A DNA stretch of 63,859 bases, filler included, from Octopus bimaculoides (Eukaryota): the NCBI RefSeq assembly GCF_001194135.2. It is 5 parts of 5 records of this genome, joined end to end, with 100 filler letters (N's around TTAATTAATTAA, not from the genome) between each part and the next. Parts side by side here need not be neighbours in the genome. Positions count along the whole stretch, not along the records: positions 25,360 to 45,300 come from NC_068987.1; positions 45,401 to 57,262 come from NC_068993.1; 3 more parts are not named here. The stretch is one strand, 5' to 3'. Under the pieces are notes generated by a model that saw only the letters and a program-made list of their open reading frames with translations, searched no databases and was not told the DNA's origin. A program made the translations under genes and the position numbers. Positions 36,040 through 50,092 of the stretch are shown here, piece by piece. Numbering within the stretch: position 1 is the first letter of the stretch; every line of letters starts with the position of its first letter.

Positions 36040-37942
36040 NNNNNNNNNNNNNNNNNNNNNNNNNNNNNNNNNNNNNNNNNNNNNNNNNNNNNNNNNNNNN
36101 NNNNNNNNNNNNNNNNNNNNNNNNNNNNNNNNNNNNNNNNNNNNNNNNNNNNNNNNNNNNNNNNNNNNNNNNNNNNNNNNNNNNNNNNNNNNNNNNNNNN
36201 NNNNNNNNNNNNNNNNNNNNNNNNNNNNNNNNNNNNNNNNNNNNNNNNNNNNNNNNNNNNNNNNNNNNNNNNNNNNNNNNNNNNNNNNNNNNNNNNNNNN
36301 NNNNNNNNNNNNNNNNNNNNNNNNNNNNNNNNNNNNNNNNNNNNNNNNNNNNNNNNNNNNNNNNNNNNNNNNNNNNNNNNNNNNNNNNNNNNNNNNNNNN
36401 NNNNNNNNNNNNNNNNNNNNNNNNNNNNNNNNNNNNNNNNNNNNNNNNNNNNNNNNNNNNNNNNNNNNNNNNNNNNNNNNNNNNNNNNNNNNNNNNNNNN
36501 NNNNNNNNNNNNNNNNNNNNNNNNNNNNNNNNNNNNNNNNNNNNNNNNNNNNNNNNNNNNNNNNNNNNNNNNNNNNNNNNNNNNNNNNNNNNNNNNNNNN
36601 NNNNNNNNNNNNNNNNNNNNNNNNNNNNNNGAGAGAGAGAGAGAGAGAGAGAGAGAAAGAAAGAGAGAGATAGAGAGAGAAAGAAAGAGAGAGAGAGAGA
36701 GAGAAAGAAAGAGAGAGAGAGATTATTTGTGTGCTTGCGTATTAGTGTTACGTGTTTGTGTATGAGCTTATTGGTTTGTTTGCATATATGTTGTCATGTT
36801 TTTATTTGTCTATGTGTGTCAGCAGCGTTTCTTTTAGTGATCTTCACAGAACAAAGGGACACACTTAAGCGAGGTGACTTTTTCTGTATAAGTATACGTT
36901 TTCGTTATAGCCTTTTTCTTGGAGAAAAAAAAAAAGGCGAAAGCCAAACCCACTTGTCAACTCTGATTATTATAAATTACGTTTATAGTCTAATATCTGT
37001 CATTTGGAAGTCAAGTGTTGGACGTTATGATTTTTCAGTCAGGAAAAGTGGAAAATCTTTGAAAAGGCGGTGTAAGTTGGAAAGGCGAATAGTAGAAAAT
37101 AAAAAATAAAATAAAATGAGTATAATGAAGAAAGAAACGGTTAAGTGACTATTTGAAGTATTGAAAAATCATCCATTATTGCAGTCGTTGTTGTCGCTGC
37201 TGTTGTTTTGTACAAGGCAGACTTATTCAGCAGTCCTATAATCAGACACACAAGCTATGACCACTCCGTCGTATCCAAATGATATATCTAGAGCAATATT
37301 ATTTATTGTCTACTTATTTTTTTAAAGTCGGTAGGATGATTTTTTAAAGAGATTTTGCCATTATTTCCAACAGGTGAAGTGACCACGTAGAATCCTCTCT
37401 CTCGTTGGCTCGTCAACAATTGCTGTAGCCACGTGAGGAGGCAATACATAAAGAGAAAAGCAGACGACCCTTCAAGTAAACTTGCCGAATTTGCAAGCTG
37501 ACTGGTTCATGTCCCTTCGATAGTGTTAGTTTCATGTTGCAAGCTTTAGTGTTTAGACAATTTAGAGATTTCACAATGATTGAAACTGTGAAGGTTTTCA
37601 GACAAAGACACTAAATTTTTCTATATATTTGTGTGACATGAGGCGTGTTTCTGGCCCACCTCTTCACAGCTTCAATGTCGACTGAAATGCATATTTAGAC
37701 AATATATAAGCAAGTACATACATATATACATACACACACAAACATATGTTTGTGCATACAAATATATATACATATGTATGCTGATGCATACATATATATA
37801 CATATACATACATGAACAGATATATACATACATATACACATGTACATATACATGCGCCTATATATATATTTCAAAATGTAACCTCATGTGAATCGTTGGC
37901 GATTTTCTTCCTCCGTCTTCCTTTTCTATTGGACTTTCCTCT

Positions 37943-37977
37943 GTTTCTGAAGAAGAGCGTTGCTCGAAACATTAAAC
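37943..37977 (+). ncRNA. Minimal hammerhead-like motif
   Basis: gttt-CTGAAGA-a-GAGC-gtt-GCTC-GAAAC-att-aaac; same repeat family as 23396. Confidence 0.55.
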
Positions 37978-38859
37978 CATCTTTCTTTCCTTCCCTGAGC
38001 GTCTGCTAATATTTTACATGTACCACGTACTCACGTTGTTGTTGTTTTTTTTGTGTGTGTGTTCTTCTTTTGGATTTACTATATATATATATACTACAAA
38101 GTATTTCTCCTTTTTTTGTTTCCCATTATATACCTATAAACATATTTGTAAATAAACATATTTTCTCACGAGGGCTGATGACCTTTCAAAGATGTCAATT
38201 TTAGGAAGTAGGAGAAAATAAGAAAAGAGGGGAGGGTGCGGTCATCACTGAAAAATAAAAAAAGAGTTCAAANNNNNNNNNNNNNNNNNNNNNNNNNNNN
38301 NNNNNNNNNNNNNNNNNNNNNNNNNNNNNNNNNNNNNNNNNNNNNNNNNNNNNNNNNNNNNNNNNNNNNNNNNNNNNNNNNNNNNNNNNNNNNNNNNNNN
38401 NNNNNNNNNNNNNNNNNNNNNNNNNNNNNNNNNNNNNNNNNNNNNNNNNNNNNNNNNNNNNNNNNNNNNNNNNNNNNNNNNNNNNNNNNNNNNNNNNNNN
38501 NNNNNNNNNNNNNNNNNNNNNNNNNNNNNNNNNNNNNNNNNNNNNNNNNNNNNNNNNNNNNNNNNNNNNNNNNNNNNNNNNNNNNNNNNNNNNNNNNNNN
38601 NNNNNNNNNNNNNNNNNNNNNNNNNNNNNNNNNNNNNNNNNNNNNNNNNNNNNNNNNNNNNNNNNNNNNNNNNNNNNNNNNNNNNNNNNNNNNNNNNNNN
38701 NNNNNNNNNNNNNNNNNNNNNNNNNNNNNNNNNNNNNNNNNNNNNNTATGATCATTTATAGAGAAGAGTATTACGTTAACACTGGAGCCACATTCAGAAA
38801 CAGCAGTAATAGTGTAATTTAAAAAGTAAAAATAATAATGTAGTTCCTCTACTTCTCTT

Positions 38860-39330
38860 TCAAACATTTAATTTTGGAGAGAATATTTTGATGAAGTGTA
38901 GCTCCATTGCGCTTCGGAATTTTGGGTCATCTCTTGAACATTTGTAGAAGGGAAAGATTTTGAACTTTCCTTCACCGCATATTTCTAGATGCTTGCACAG
39001 TGGAATCTTGCGCAATTCCTCTTGTCGGATGTGTTGTCTGTAGATTTTTTTACGTTGGCAGAGGAAACTGTCTGTTTCGCCAATGTAATTTTCCTTGCAG
39101 TTGGGGAAAGTAATGTGGTATATACGTCTTGCAGTTCATATCTACATTTACTTTGAACGAGAACCCGCTCTTGAATTTTATGTGGGAACCACTTTCTGAA
39201 TATTTAAAGTTGTTGTTGCATGTTCCACTTCTGCTATCTTCTCATTCTTTTACGGAATATTCTGATTAATTCTCTTACGTGAATTTTGCTCTTGAGTGGT
39301 GTTTTTTGAGATTTTTTGGTTGGCATCTAC
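38860..39330 (-). mobile_element. Penelope-like GIY-YIG remnant
   Basis: IYHITFPNCKENYIGET...HIRQEELRKIPLCKHLEICG...MELHFIKIFSPKLN*. Confidence 0.85.
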
Positions 39331-40400
39331 TGCTTCGTAAGGGGTTTTTGTCAATCGAATTTTTCCTTACAGTACGACAATTGTCCTAACTTATCCCCGA
39401 CAGCCAAGGGACATAGGCATATATAAAACAAGTAGAAGGCATTTATGACTAGGTACTCATCGCTTCACAAAACGTGTTGGTTTGTTAACATCCCCGTCAC
39501 TTAGTGATTCAAGTAAAAGAAACATTAATAAGTATTTGGGTCGATTTGATCGACTAAACACTTCAAGACGGTGTTCCAGCACGGTTGGGATCCAATGTCT
39601 GAAACAAGTAAAAGGACCAAGAATAAATGAGTATAAGTCTTTTATTCATTTTTAGATTTTAGCTTCAATATTCTTGCATAATTCAACATGACTGTCATGT
39701 CGCCACACTTTTATCGAGATTTCGTAATTTGTTTTACTTATTTGCTTTTATTTTATTCACTTTATTTCACTTTAATTCATTGTGAATTATTGTTTTCCAC
39801 TTTACCACTCATTGGAACTTTTTAATATTTTATACCTACTTTGAGACGCTTGTGTTTTCAGATGTGTTTTCAGATTTTTCCTCAAGTCTGAAGTCTATAC
39901 ACATCTTCAATTCCGTAATGTCACATCTCATACGAGATATCCAAAATGGCCGTGGTACGGTTGGTTAGCCTCAAACATAGCGATGGCATATATATATATA
40001 TATATATATAAGATACTACTCGATCGGCAAAGCTTGTTAATCAATTAGAAACAGACATTAGATAAGGTGATAATCAAAATACAACTCCAGTATATAGTAA
40101 CTAAAGTTGCTAGCTTTGCGATCATAAATCGGTGGGTGTAGGAAATAAAGGTAGTAAAATTGTTGCAACGGAAGGCTGGCGGGAAGGAATGTAACCTTGA
40201 GGTATTATATACATCCTCAGCTTCCCTTTTCTTCAGGTAACGTTGTTTAAGTGTTCATTGTCACGTAAAGAATAGTACGTAAAGATAAAGAAAGCTGAGT
40301 ATGTATGCAATAACTTAAAGTCACACGCACACATACACACACAACACGCACACATATACACACAATACGCACACACACGCACACACACGCACACGCACAC

Positions 40401-40452
<52 letters not shown>

Positions 40453-40534
40453 AGTACGATACAAACAAGAAGGTATTTTTCCGAAAACAAAATCACAGTT
40501 AGAACAGCTGAAATATTGGGTAAATTACCCTTAC

Positions 40535-40584
40535 AGGGCGGAGAAATATCTTCTTTATATCGTACAATACACATTTCGACGATT
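40535..40584 (-). CDS. Candidate 50-nt exon
   Basis: Acceptor ttttgttgtttattag, donor GTAAGG; two frames are open. Unverified. Confidence 0.22.
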
Positions 40585-41171
40585 CTAATAAACAACAAAA
40601 GTTAGTTTGTTCTATAAGCTGTTTAGCATCTGAATCGGCAGATAAATTTGTCAGCGGGTAGTTTAGCTTAATGGCCGAATCTGTATATAAACAAGTAAAA
40701 AACAAGTAAAAGAAAGGTATTTCTATTATTCCTTACTTAGCAATTTTTCTATTATATGTGAGTGTGTGTGTGTGTTTGTGTGTTTGTGCATGCATGTATG
40801 TATTCTGTTTATACACTCACACACACACACATACAACAACATATATGTCTATCAGTAGTTGTTGGGAATGTGGTACGTAAAAACGAACTACATATGTTTC
40901 CAAGGATTTTAAGAGAGTACAATGGACCGAAACTGTGGGTATGGAAGTAACTATATCTGGTTACTGAAACATCTAATGTTTTACTTTATTGCATGTTTTA
41001 TTTTTCTTATTTTTCTTATTTATCTTAATTACTCTCCGTCAGTATTTATAACTTTGCAACGGAATCCGTTCTTGGCCATTCTTGCCCAACGGCTTAAAAA
41101 TAAGATCACTAATGACATGCTGTATTAAATTAGAGCGAAACAGAGTTCGTTTAACGAGATGCCGTTTATTA

Positions 41172-41262
41172 CATAACCTGATGAGACGCTTCTGCACCGA
41201 GGGATGAAGAACAACTAGTTGTGAAATTTCCCATCCGTGAGGGTATCGAAACGATCGTTGTG
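41172..41262 (+). ncRNA. Hammerhead-like motif with ~63-nt stem II extension
   Basis: CTGATGA at 41178-41184, GAAAC at 41248-41252, then palindromic ACGATCGT; cataac can pair with gttgtg. Confidence 0.5.
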
Positions 41263-41314
41263 AGCAATAAAGTCTCTCGTGTATTCCATTTTATATATAT
41301 ATATATATATATAT

Positions 41315-41759
41315 AAATTAAATAGAGAGATACAACTGACAATCTAATAATTTATATTATATAACATAATTTACTTTGAATATAATATAATATAAGATAG
41401 CAATTATTAAAAAAAAAAAATGACAACAATTTGTTTCCGCTTATACACATTTTGGGATATATAAACAATTCACATCCCTTATATAAGCTTCATTCGAGCC
41501 AATGGTTTGAAGATAGACGAAAGGACGGCTACGAATTTCGTCTAACTTCAAACCATTGGCTCTGATTAGGCTTATATAAGGGAATTGAATTATTTATATA
41601 TCAAAAAATGTATACAAGCCGAAACAAATTGTTTGCTTTTTGGGTTTTTTTTAATAATTGTTTATGTTATCTTATATTATATTATATTCATAGTATATTA
41701 TGTTATATTATAATAAAAATGAATCATTGGATTGTCAATTGTATCTCTCTGTCTAATTT
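41315..41759. repeat. ~445-bp foldback (two ~210-bp inverted arms)
   Basis: Arms pair end to end, e.g. aaattaaatagagagatacaactgacaatc with gattgtcaattgtatctctctgtctaattt, and gagccaatggtttgaag.tagacgaaa with tttcgtctaacttcaaaccattggctc; loop ~13 nt. Confidence 0.92.
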
Positions 41760-42033
41760 ATTGTTTGTATTTTGAATTATACCCATATTTATGTGGTATT
41801 CAGGTGACGTAGCAATGAATCGGATGTTTTACACACTTCTTTGAAGAAATTCTTTTCCTTAGTTTGTTACTTCATATATATATATATANNNNNNNNNNNN
41901 NNNNNNNNNNNNNNNNNNNNNNNNNNNNNNNNNNNNNNNNNNNNNNNNNNNNNNNNNNNNNNNNNNNNNNNNNNNNNNNNNNNNNNNNNNNNNNNNNNNN
42001 NNATATATATTATATACACTATATATATATACA

Positions 42034-42115
42034 CAGTGTGCCTCCGCTTATTCGCGGTTCGGAATTCGCAGTCCCGGTTATTCGCGGAACTAATAATTGT
42101 TCGGGGAAACCACTG
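42034..42115. mobile_element. Tigger/pogo-like terminal fragment
   Basis: CAGTGTGCCTCCGCTTATTCGCGG resembles Tigger TIRs; ttattcgcgg is repeated subterminally. Confidence 0.5.
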
Positions 42116-42579
42116 CATATTCGCAGTCTTTATTTAGTATGTAATAACATGAAATTAGTTAACCGATAGTAAGAATTCAAATAACTGTGAAAAGGGCTTT
42201 TGTGCGTTCCCAGAGAATATTACCCTCAGGGGTGCTAGTGTTGGTACATTCGTGAATAAGTCACTAACCGAAATAAGTGGATCTATTGTTTAGGAAAATG
42301 CTATTTACTTGTTTAAGGGTTGTCTGTTATGGGTTGGATTTTCTGCATCTAACTATGTTGCATCAGTCTGTGCAGTTTGTGTAACATCAGGTACATATGT
42401 AAAGAAGGGGATGTCTCACTAATTATACTATAACCTAGGTATGTTGTTCATACCTACTGCACCATGGTATATAAGACGTATATATATATACATATATGTG
42501 TGTATGTGTGTGTGTATGTATGTATGAATATATATATATGAATATACATATGCATACATATATATACCATATATAAACC

Positions 42580-42646
<67 letters not shown>

Positions 42647-44099
42647 AACATATATATATATATATGATGTGCGTTGTTATGTGCCAGTGTGCTGTCGCGT
42701 GAGTGGGTAGGTGGGTTTGGGTGGGTTTGGGTTTGTGTGGGGTGTAGGAAATGCATGCAAATTTCTGTATTTTGAAACTGCTTTACGCCCTACATCTAGG
42801 GATTCATGTTAATATTTTTAAAAAGCGAAAAAAGAAATCAAGTTAAGACATTTTTATGGGAGAAAACATCAATAACCAGCATGTTCTGAGAGACATATTG
42901 GCAAATAAATAGCCTGTTAAAAACAAAAAATTAGGATATGCTTGATATGCACCGAAATCCTATATTATCGATTTAAAACTGTATTACTATGTATGATAAA
43001 TGTTCATGGAGCTAAGGCAGTCATTGTTTCTATTATTAAAGCTCGTAATTTCTAATACCAGCAGTAAGTAGAGCGGTACGGATATATGAAGAAAATGAAT
43101 AATGGCTGTCTGTTTTATCGCTCTTCTTATAAAGTCTAATGGTAAGATATGAACGAACAGGTTGTAAAGTAAACTTGTGTATTGGAGAGGGATACTGTTC
43201 TGGTTAGATTTTTTTTATATTTAGAAACATTATGTTACTTCATAAAGGATAAGTTGGGTTGGTGGTATCGGTTGAATGGTGGAGGGAACATTGTTGAATT
43301 TAGTTACATCTCTTTGCTGTCTGCGCTTACACGTCGCCTGCTCCGACTTTATCTTTCATCACTATGGCTTCGATAAAATAAGTACTGCAGTCTTTTAAGT
43401 CAATTATATAACTCTCACATAAACATTTGTGACTATCCATATACATGATAGATATTAATTTTTACACTTCTCACTTTTTTTAATGTATGATTTAAGCGCC
43501 GAATACAGCGCAAAACGCCTTCAGAAGCCCCCTTGCATAGACGAATGGTGCTAAGAGCACGGTTATGTATCGTAGCAGACGAGAACCGTCAGACATGGGC
43601 CTCCGGAATTACTACATCACGTGATTTCAGAGTACTACACTTCCTCAGTGGCAGTTGTCCAGCCCCGCATACCAGCCAAATCTTACTGCCAACGATATGC
43701 GGAATAGCAGTAACTTTTCGTTCATTGGTCCAACGCAAGCAATGTTAATATCAAAAGGCATAGCTATTCCGGCGCCCATACCAGACTGTTCTTGTCTCCT
43801 ACGATACATTTTTGCGCTCGTACGTCTATATGAGAGAACATCTCAATGCCAATACTGCAGTATACGCTGCTCTAGCAATACATCCACGTTTAGTAGGGTA
43901 TAATAATTGCCCTTCAGTATTAATATGCCGTCCGTTGCTAATATTTATTTTTTAATCATTGCCATTTACAATTTAGTAGAATTAACATAATCATAACAAT
44001 TGACATTATATTCAAGGCTATATGCCTTTTACTTGTTCCAGTAATTAGACTGCGACTATACTGGGGCATTCAAGAAATTTTAGAAGGAATTGTAAAACG

Positions 44100-44370
44100 T
44101 GGTATTGATTCTACCGATATCTTTGGCGGAACCGTTAAGTTACGGGGACGTAAACACACCAGCACCGGTTGTTAAGCAGTGGTGGGAGACAAATACAAAC
44201 ACACATTCACATAGTCTTTCAGTTTCCGTCTACCAAATTCACTTATAAGGCTTTCGTCGGACGGAGGTTATGATGCAAGACACTTTCCCAAGATGCCACG
44301 CAGTGGGACTGAGCTCGGAACCATGTGGTCGGGAAGCAAACACCTTAGCACATAGCCGCACCTGCGCCTA
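44100..44370 (-). mobile_element. OK-type SINE
   Basis: Reverse complement of the consensus, ending cacatagccgcacctgcgcc. Confidence 0.85.
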
Positions 44371-45240
44371 TATAAAGATTTATTATAATATATACATATA
44401 TATGTGTGTGTATATGAGTGTGAGTTTATGTGTGTGCGTGTGTGTGTGTTTACATGTATGTATGGACGTATTATGTGTGTATGAATGTGTGTATGCGTAT
44501 GAGTGGAGTTCACAGTAGACCACTAAGATGGTAGAAGTATAACCTCTTTCACACTACTGGTGATGGTCTTTGTTTCGGCGCAACTCTATGCAGGGGTAAA
44601 AGTAACTTGAGTTAGATACATAATGAGAGTTTAAGTCGGAAGTGTTCCTTTGGCTTCCAGTGTCGCATTCAATTGTTCGAACAAACGAAATAGTATAAAA
44701 TTTAGTAAGGAGTGAGATATTCCTACTTTATTCCTAATTCACTTGATTGTAATACACAAGACGTAATTGCATTGGTCACGAATTCCACCAACTCTCCGTT
44801 GTTTGTCAAGCACCCTCGTTACTAGAGTCATCGACGAGCTACGTACAAATATATTATTCAAAATATCATATGAGTCGGTATTCAAGTTTTCTTTATCATA
44901 ATGTTAATCACATTTTCTGTATTAGCGTCCTTGATACACTCTATATAAAACACATTCAAATTGCAAATAGCAATCGTTAAAAAGAACAAAGAAAAAATTG
45001 GCCAGGATCGATCGGCATAAATAGAGGTTAGCTATAAAAATTGAATCAAATGCAGAGAGCCGTACTTGGTAGTAGAATTCAAAGCGGGATGCTAATATCT
45101 TACTAAAACTTAAAATCTTTGTCGTAATGGTATTATGAACAACAGACGGCAAATCATTTGGGAAAATTACAGACCTACAAACTTACAAAATGCAAGGATG
45201 AAACAAGTTCGTTCATGGTAAATAACTTTATGTTACTTAC

Positions 45241-45263
45241 CATAAGTAAAATGCGCAGGAATA
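45241..45263 (-). CDS. Candidate 23-nt micro-exon ending in ATG
   Basis: cttcgatttttcag|TATTCCTGCGCATTTTACTTATG|gtaagt; both splice signals are near consensus. Confidence 0.3.
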
Positions 45264-46970
45264 CTGAAAAATCGAAGTGGGGAGGGGGAGGGGAGGATGG
45301 NNNNNNNNNNNNNNNNNNNNNNNNNNNNNNNNNNNNNNNNNNNNTTAATTAATTAANNNNNNNNNNNNNNNNNNNNNNNNNNNNNNNNNNNNNNNNNNNN
45401 AGAAAAGAAGAAAAAAAATTGTTACCTTTACCTTTCTGAAATCACTGTGGATATATTTCGGCTATGTGCTTGATAAATGTCTGAAAGTTCTCCCACGAAA
45501 TCTCACACTTCATATCGTAATAATCACGGTACATTGCCTCATCAATATGTGACCATTTCATGTTACAGACTCTCTCACACACACATACACCTATATATGC
45601 ACTCTTTTACACTCACACATTCACACAAAGGCACATGCATATATCCATCTGCCAACACCCACAATCTCAGACATGCACTATAACATACACACATTCATAA
45701 ACATTTTGTTATACATACATATGCATAGACATACAAATAAACACATACGCACACACACAAAAAAACAGCTATACACACACATATATCAAGACATGTATAC
45801 ACACTGATACACACACACACACACACACATTCACGTACACTTCCATACAAACATACACACATGTCCACACGAAAATACACACTCAGGGTGTATATATCAT
45901 GTACTCTCTGTTGCAGAAACGTCAATCATGTTATAGAACACAACAGCTGATGACGGCACCATAGTTACTGAGTAATCTTATGGGATTATCATGTACATGT
46001 AGTTAGTACTCTAATTATCTTGTAAATGTAGTACGTTCTCCAATCATGTGCATATAGTATGTATGCTGATTATCTCATATGTGTAACTTGTACTTTAATT
46101 ATTTTGTATGTGTAATCTGTACTCTGTCTTATACGCGTAGCCTATACTCTGATTATATTATATATGTACTCAGATTATTTTATAAAATTAATTAAATAAT
46201 CTGTACTCAGATTAGTTTACACATACAGCCTGTACTCTATTTTGTGCAGGCATGGCTATGTGGTAAGAAGCTTGCTTCCCAACCATGTGGTTCTTGGTTC
46301 TGTCCCACTGTGTGGCACCTTGGGCAAGTGTCTTCTACTGTAGCCTAAGTTGCGAGGGGGCTATTCGTACGACCTGGACATGTAGAACACAATGTCAAAA
46401 ATGAAAATCNNNNNNNNNNNNNNNNNNNNNNNNNNNNNNNNNNNNNNNNNNNNNNNNNNNNNNNNNNNNNNNNNNNNNNNNNNNNNNNNNNNNNNNNNNN
46501 NNNNNNNNNNNNNNNNNNNNNNNNNNNNNNNNNNNNNNNNNNNNNNNNNNNNNNNNNNNNNNNNNNNNNNNNNNNNNNNNNNNNNNNNNNNNNNNNNNNN
46601 NNNNNNNNNNNNNNNNNNNNNNNNNNNNNNNNNNNNNNNNNNNNNNNNNNNNNNNNNNNNNNNNNNNNNNNNNNNNNNNGGTCAAAATTAACGTGAGTTA
46701 TTTAGACATTAACAAATTTATTAGAATATTTAGCTGAAGATCAGAATAGAGTATTATGTACTCTTAACTGTGAAACAATTGTACTGAATTAACTAAAGGC
46801 AGGTGTTTTTTACTCTTCTCTGTTGTTTTTTGTTCTGTGTGTGTCGGAAATATCGCTATCAATCTGGAGTAATAATTTGTAGTTTTGAAATCAGTAGTTT
46901 CTTTGACTGCTATTTCTGAATTCTCAGTATGTTGGAGAAGCAGGTTACTGTCAATCCCTATATATTTATG

Positions 46971-47009
<39 letters not shown>

Positions 47010-47277
47010 ATCTTGCCTAAGATGCTGTGCAGTAGAAATGAACTTGAAACCTTATGCTTGGGAAGTAAAATATTTAAGCACAGAGCTATGCCAATATCTT
47101 ATATACATATAAACTATTTCTATATATACATCCATATTATATGTATTCATGTATAAATATATATACTGACATACACATTCATAAATTTTTATATATGTAT
47201 GAACTGGGCTTAGTTTCTAAGTAAATAATATACATATGTGCATACACACACACACACAAGCATGTGAACACACACAC

Positions 47278-47331
<54 letters not shown>

Positions 47332-49294
47332 CCAGGAATCTGAGTGTAGGAAGTTTGTAAGCTTCAAGCAGAAGGCAACTAGTATACAAAAGATACAATA
47401 ATGATTTATTGGTATCGAGAATTACAAACTTTTCCCCATATCAAAGCCGCGAAGAAATTCGATAAGCTGATACTTCCTATACAGCTCACTGTACCATTAG
47501 TTGCTACATATATGTGTGTGTGTATGTATGTATACATACACATAAACATTTTAAATATACACATATAGATAAAATACATAAATACTATAAATATATACAC
47601 AAACAAATATATATCATACGTACACATAAATGTTATAACTATGCACACACTCACTTACATATGCACACATACCTGCTAGCTTATGCTGCCTCTGTCTTCG
47701 AAACTTTCCAGTGTAAGTTTCTCTACATTTACAAACTCGTTCACTGAAACTACGACACCACAGATAAGGATAATCCAAGGAGTTCATTATCATTCTTGTG
47801 GATGTGGATAGAAAATTGAGGTCAGTAGTTCAAATAAGTGACTGTGTTTGCATGTTTGTATGTGTACGTCCGTATATACACACACATAAATATATATACA
47901 TACATACATGTGTGTGTATGATGGGTGTCTAACTCAACAGACAACTGCATGTGTTGTTATGCATATAAGTGATGAAGATATCATGATATATAATTTCACC
48001 TATAGTCATCAGTGGACATCTGTGTATATGTATGCTTGCATGCATAAATATGTATACATGTTTGTGTGAGGTAGATGTGTGTGAAAAGTAGGAGTCTAAC
48101 GTAGAGGTATAGCTCTAAAATAGAGGTACATGATGAAATGGTAAAATTAAATGAAGGTATTCTCTTTTCGAGAGTGCTGTGGGCCATGTGATACACCACT
48201 CAAGCACTCTCATTCAGTAGCTTATCAAATAGATGTGTCCTATCTGGATAGAAAGACAGCCAATTGCATTGCAGGAGTAACCTCCCAGATGTGGTGTATT
48301 TGAAAGCCTGGTGAATTCAGGTAGTTAAGTGTATAAGTACATGTGTATACATGCACATACAAGAAATTGAAACTGGAGGAGTATGCAGATTAGCCAGAAT
48401 AAAAGGTGGTGAGAGGAGAAAATAGAATAAGTTAGGGTTATTAGGCATGATGAAAGACGATTTACAGTTTGTTTTATGACTTTATATTTAGAGTAAAATG
48501 AATATAGAATAATAATAATGATGATGGTGGTGCGCGCGCGCTCGTAGTGTTGATTTAAAATAGTTGAATCTGATAATAAATGGTGAAAGAAAATTTCAAA
48601 TGACTCCTTAAAGAAAGGGGACGACTTAATTTCCCCTGTAATTGTTCTTATTTTGCTTTTTTCCCCTATCCTGATGGTGGTGATAATATTTATGATATAT
48701 AAGCTAAAAATAAACAGAAGATATCTAATTAGAAACAAACTAAAATACAAAAACCTCCTGCCAAAAAAAAAAAAGAGACGAACAGTAGTAAAGTTCTATC
48801 CATATGGTAAGGCAAAGTAATGTATATATGTATTTAGGTGGGTAGGTAGGTGTATCATGGAAAAAGAAACTAAAATAAAATATTAACTAGCATAGGTCAT
48901 TTTAGCTGTGTGTCTGTCTATCTCTCTATACATACGCGCAGACGTGCGTGTTTAGTGATACAAACATACACATGCGCGCACGTGCGTGTGTGTGTTTGGT
49001 GATACAAACAGGAAAAAATAGAAATCAAAACGTGAGTATATACATATTTTTATTGATGCGTAGCAAAACAGAGTGGTTCAAGGGCTGATAGTTTCGTGTA
49101 TTAGCACTTTTCAAGCTAGTGACAGGTTGAGGAGTTGTGAATTTATACCAGTGATAATAGTATTTCCCTAGATAGTTCTAGAACAAAATTATAAAAACAA
49201 TGACACAAGGATAATTCATATTTTTCAAATAGTTTGCCTCTTACGTTTTTTCAATAAATAAATAAATAAACAAATTAGGAAAATTTATGCATAT

Positions 49295-49540
49295 TTGTTG
49301 TTGTTGTTGGCACTCCGTCGCTTACGACGTCGAGGGTTCCAGTTGATCCGATCAACGGAACAGCCTGCTCGTGAAATTAACGTGCAAGTGGCTGAGCACT
49401 CCACAGACACGTGTACCCTTATCGTAGTTCTCGGGGATATTCGGCGTGACACAGTATGACAAGGCTGACCCTTTGAATTACAGGCACAACAGAAACAGGA
49501 AGTAAGAGTAAGAGAAAGTTGTGGTGAAAGAGTACAGCAT
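49295..49540. mobile_element. SINE-like repeat fragment with (TTG)n end
   Basis: Shares the gagaaagtt.....gaaagagta..(ac)ag block with the 26210 SINE. Confidence 0.6.
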
Positions 49541-49542
49541 GG

Positions 49543-49661
49543 GGCACTATCATGCTATTAGCTGTCAGTAGCCAAAGAATCGACAGGCCAGCAACAGGCA
49601 GACAGATACTTCACTAGCAGTGAGCACTTTCACTTCTGACAGCTAATAGCATGATAGTGCC
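49543..49661. mobile_element. 119-bp MITE with perfect 26-bp TIRs (second copy at ~50113-50223)
   Basis: ggcactatcatgctattagctgtcag ... ctgacagctaatagcatgatagtgcc. Confidence 0.8.
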
Positions 49662-50059
49662 GAAACANNNNNNNNNNNNNNNNNNNNNNNNNNNNNNNNN
49701 NNNNNNNNNNNNNNNNNNNNNNNNNNNNNNNNNNNNNNNNNNNNNNNNNNNNNNNNNNNNNNNNNNNNNNNNNNNNNNNNNNNNNNNNNNNNNNNNNNNN
49801 NNNNNNNNNNNNNNNNNNNNNNNNNNNNNNNNNNNNNNNNNNNNNNNNNNNNNNNNNNNNNNNNNNNNNNNNNNNNNNNNNNNNNNCATATTTCCTGAAA
49901 TTGCAAATTATTTAAAATATAAAAATATAATTTTCAACAGAGAGAATTTATCAAAATAGAAAACAAATGAAGTTTGAAGTTTAAAAATAATAGGATCGAC
50001 CACTCACGACTAGCTAGCGCGGACGCGCGAACTTTCGAGTAATAGATAGATAGATAGAA

Positions 50060-50092
<33 letters not shown>

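Noticed and set aside
43500-43960. GC-richer stretch considered as a Helitron or other TE coding remnant
   Set aside because: No diagnostic motif recovered in any frame.
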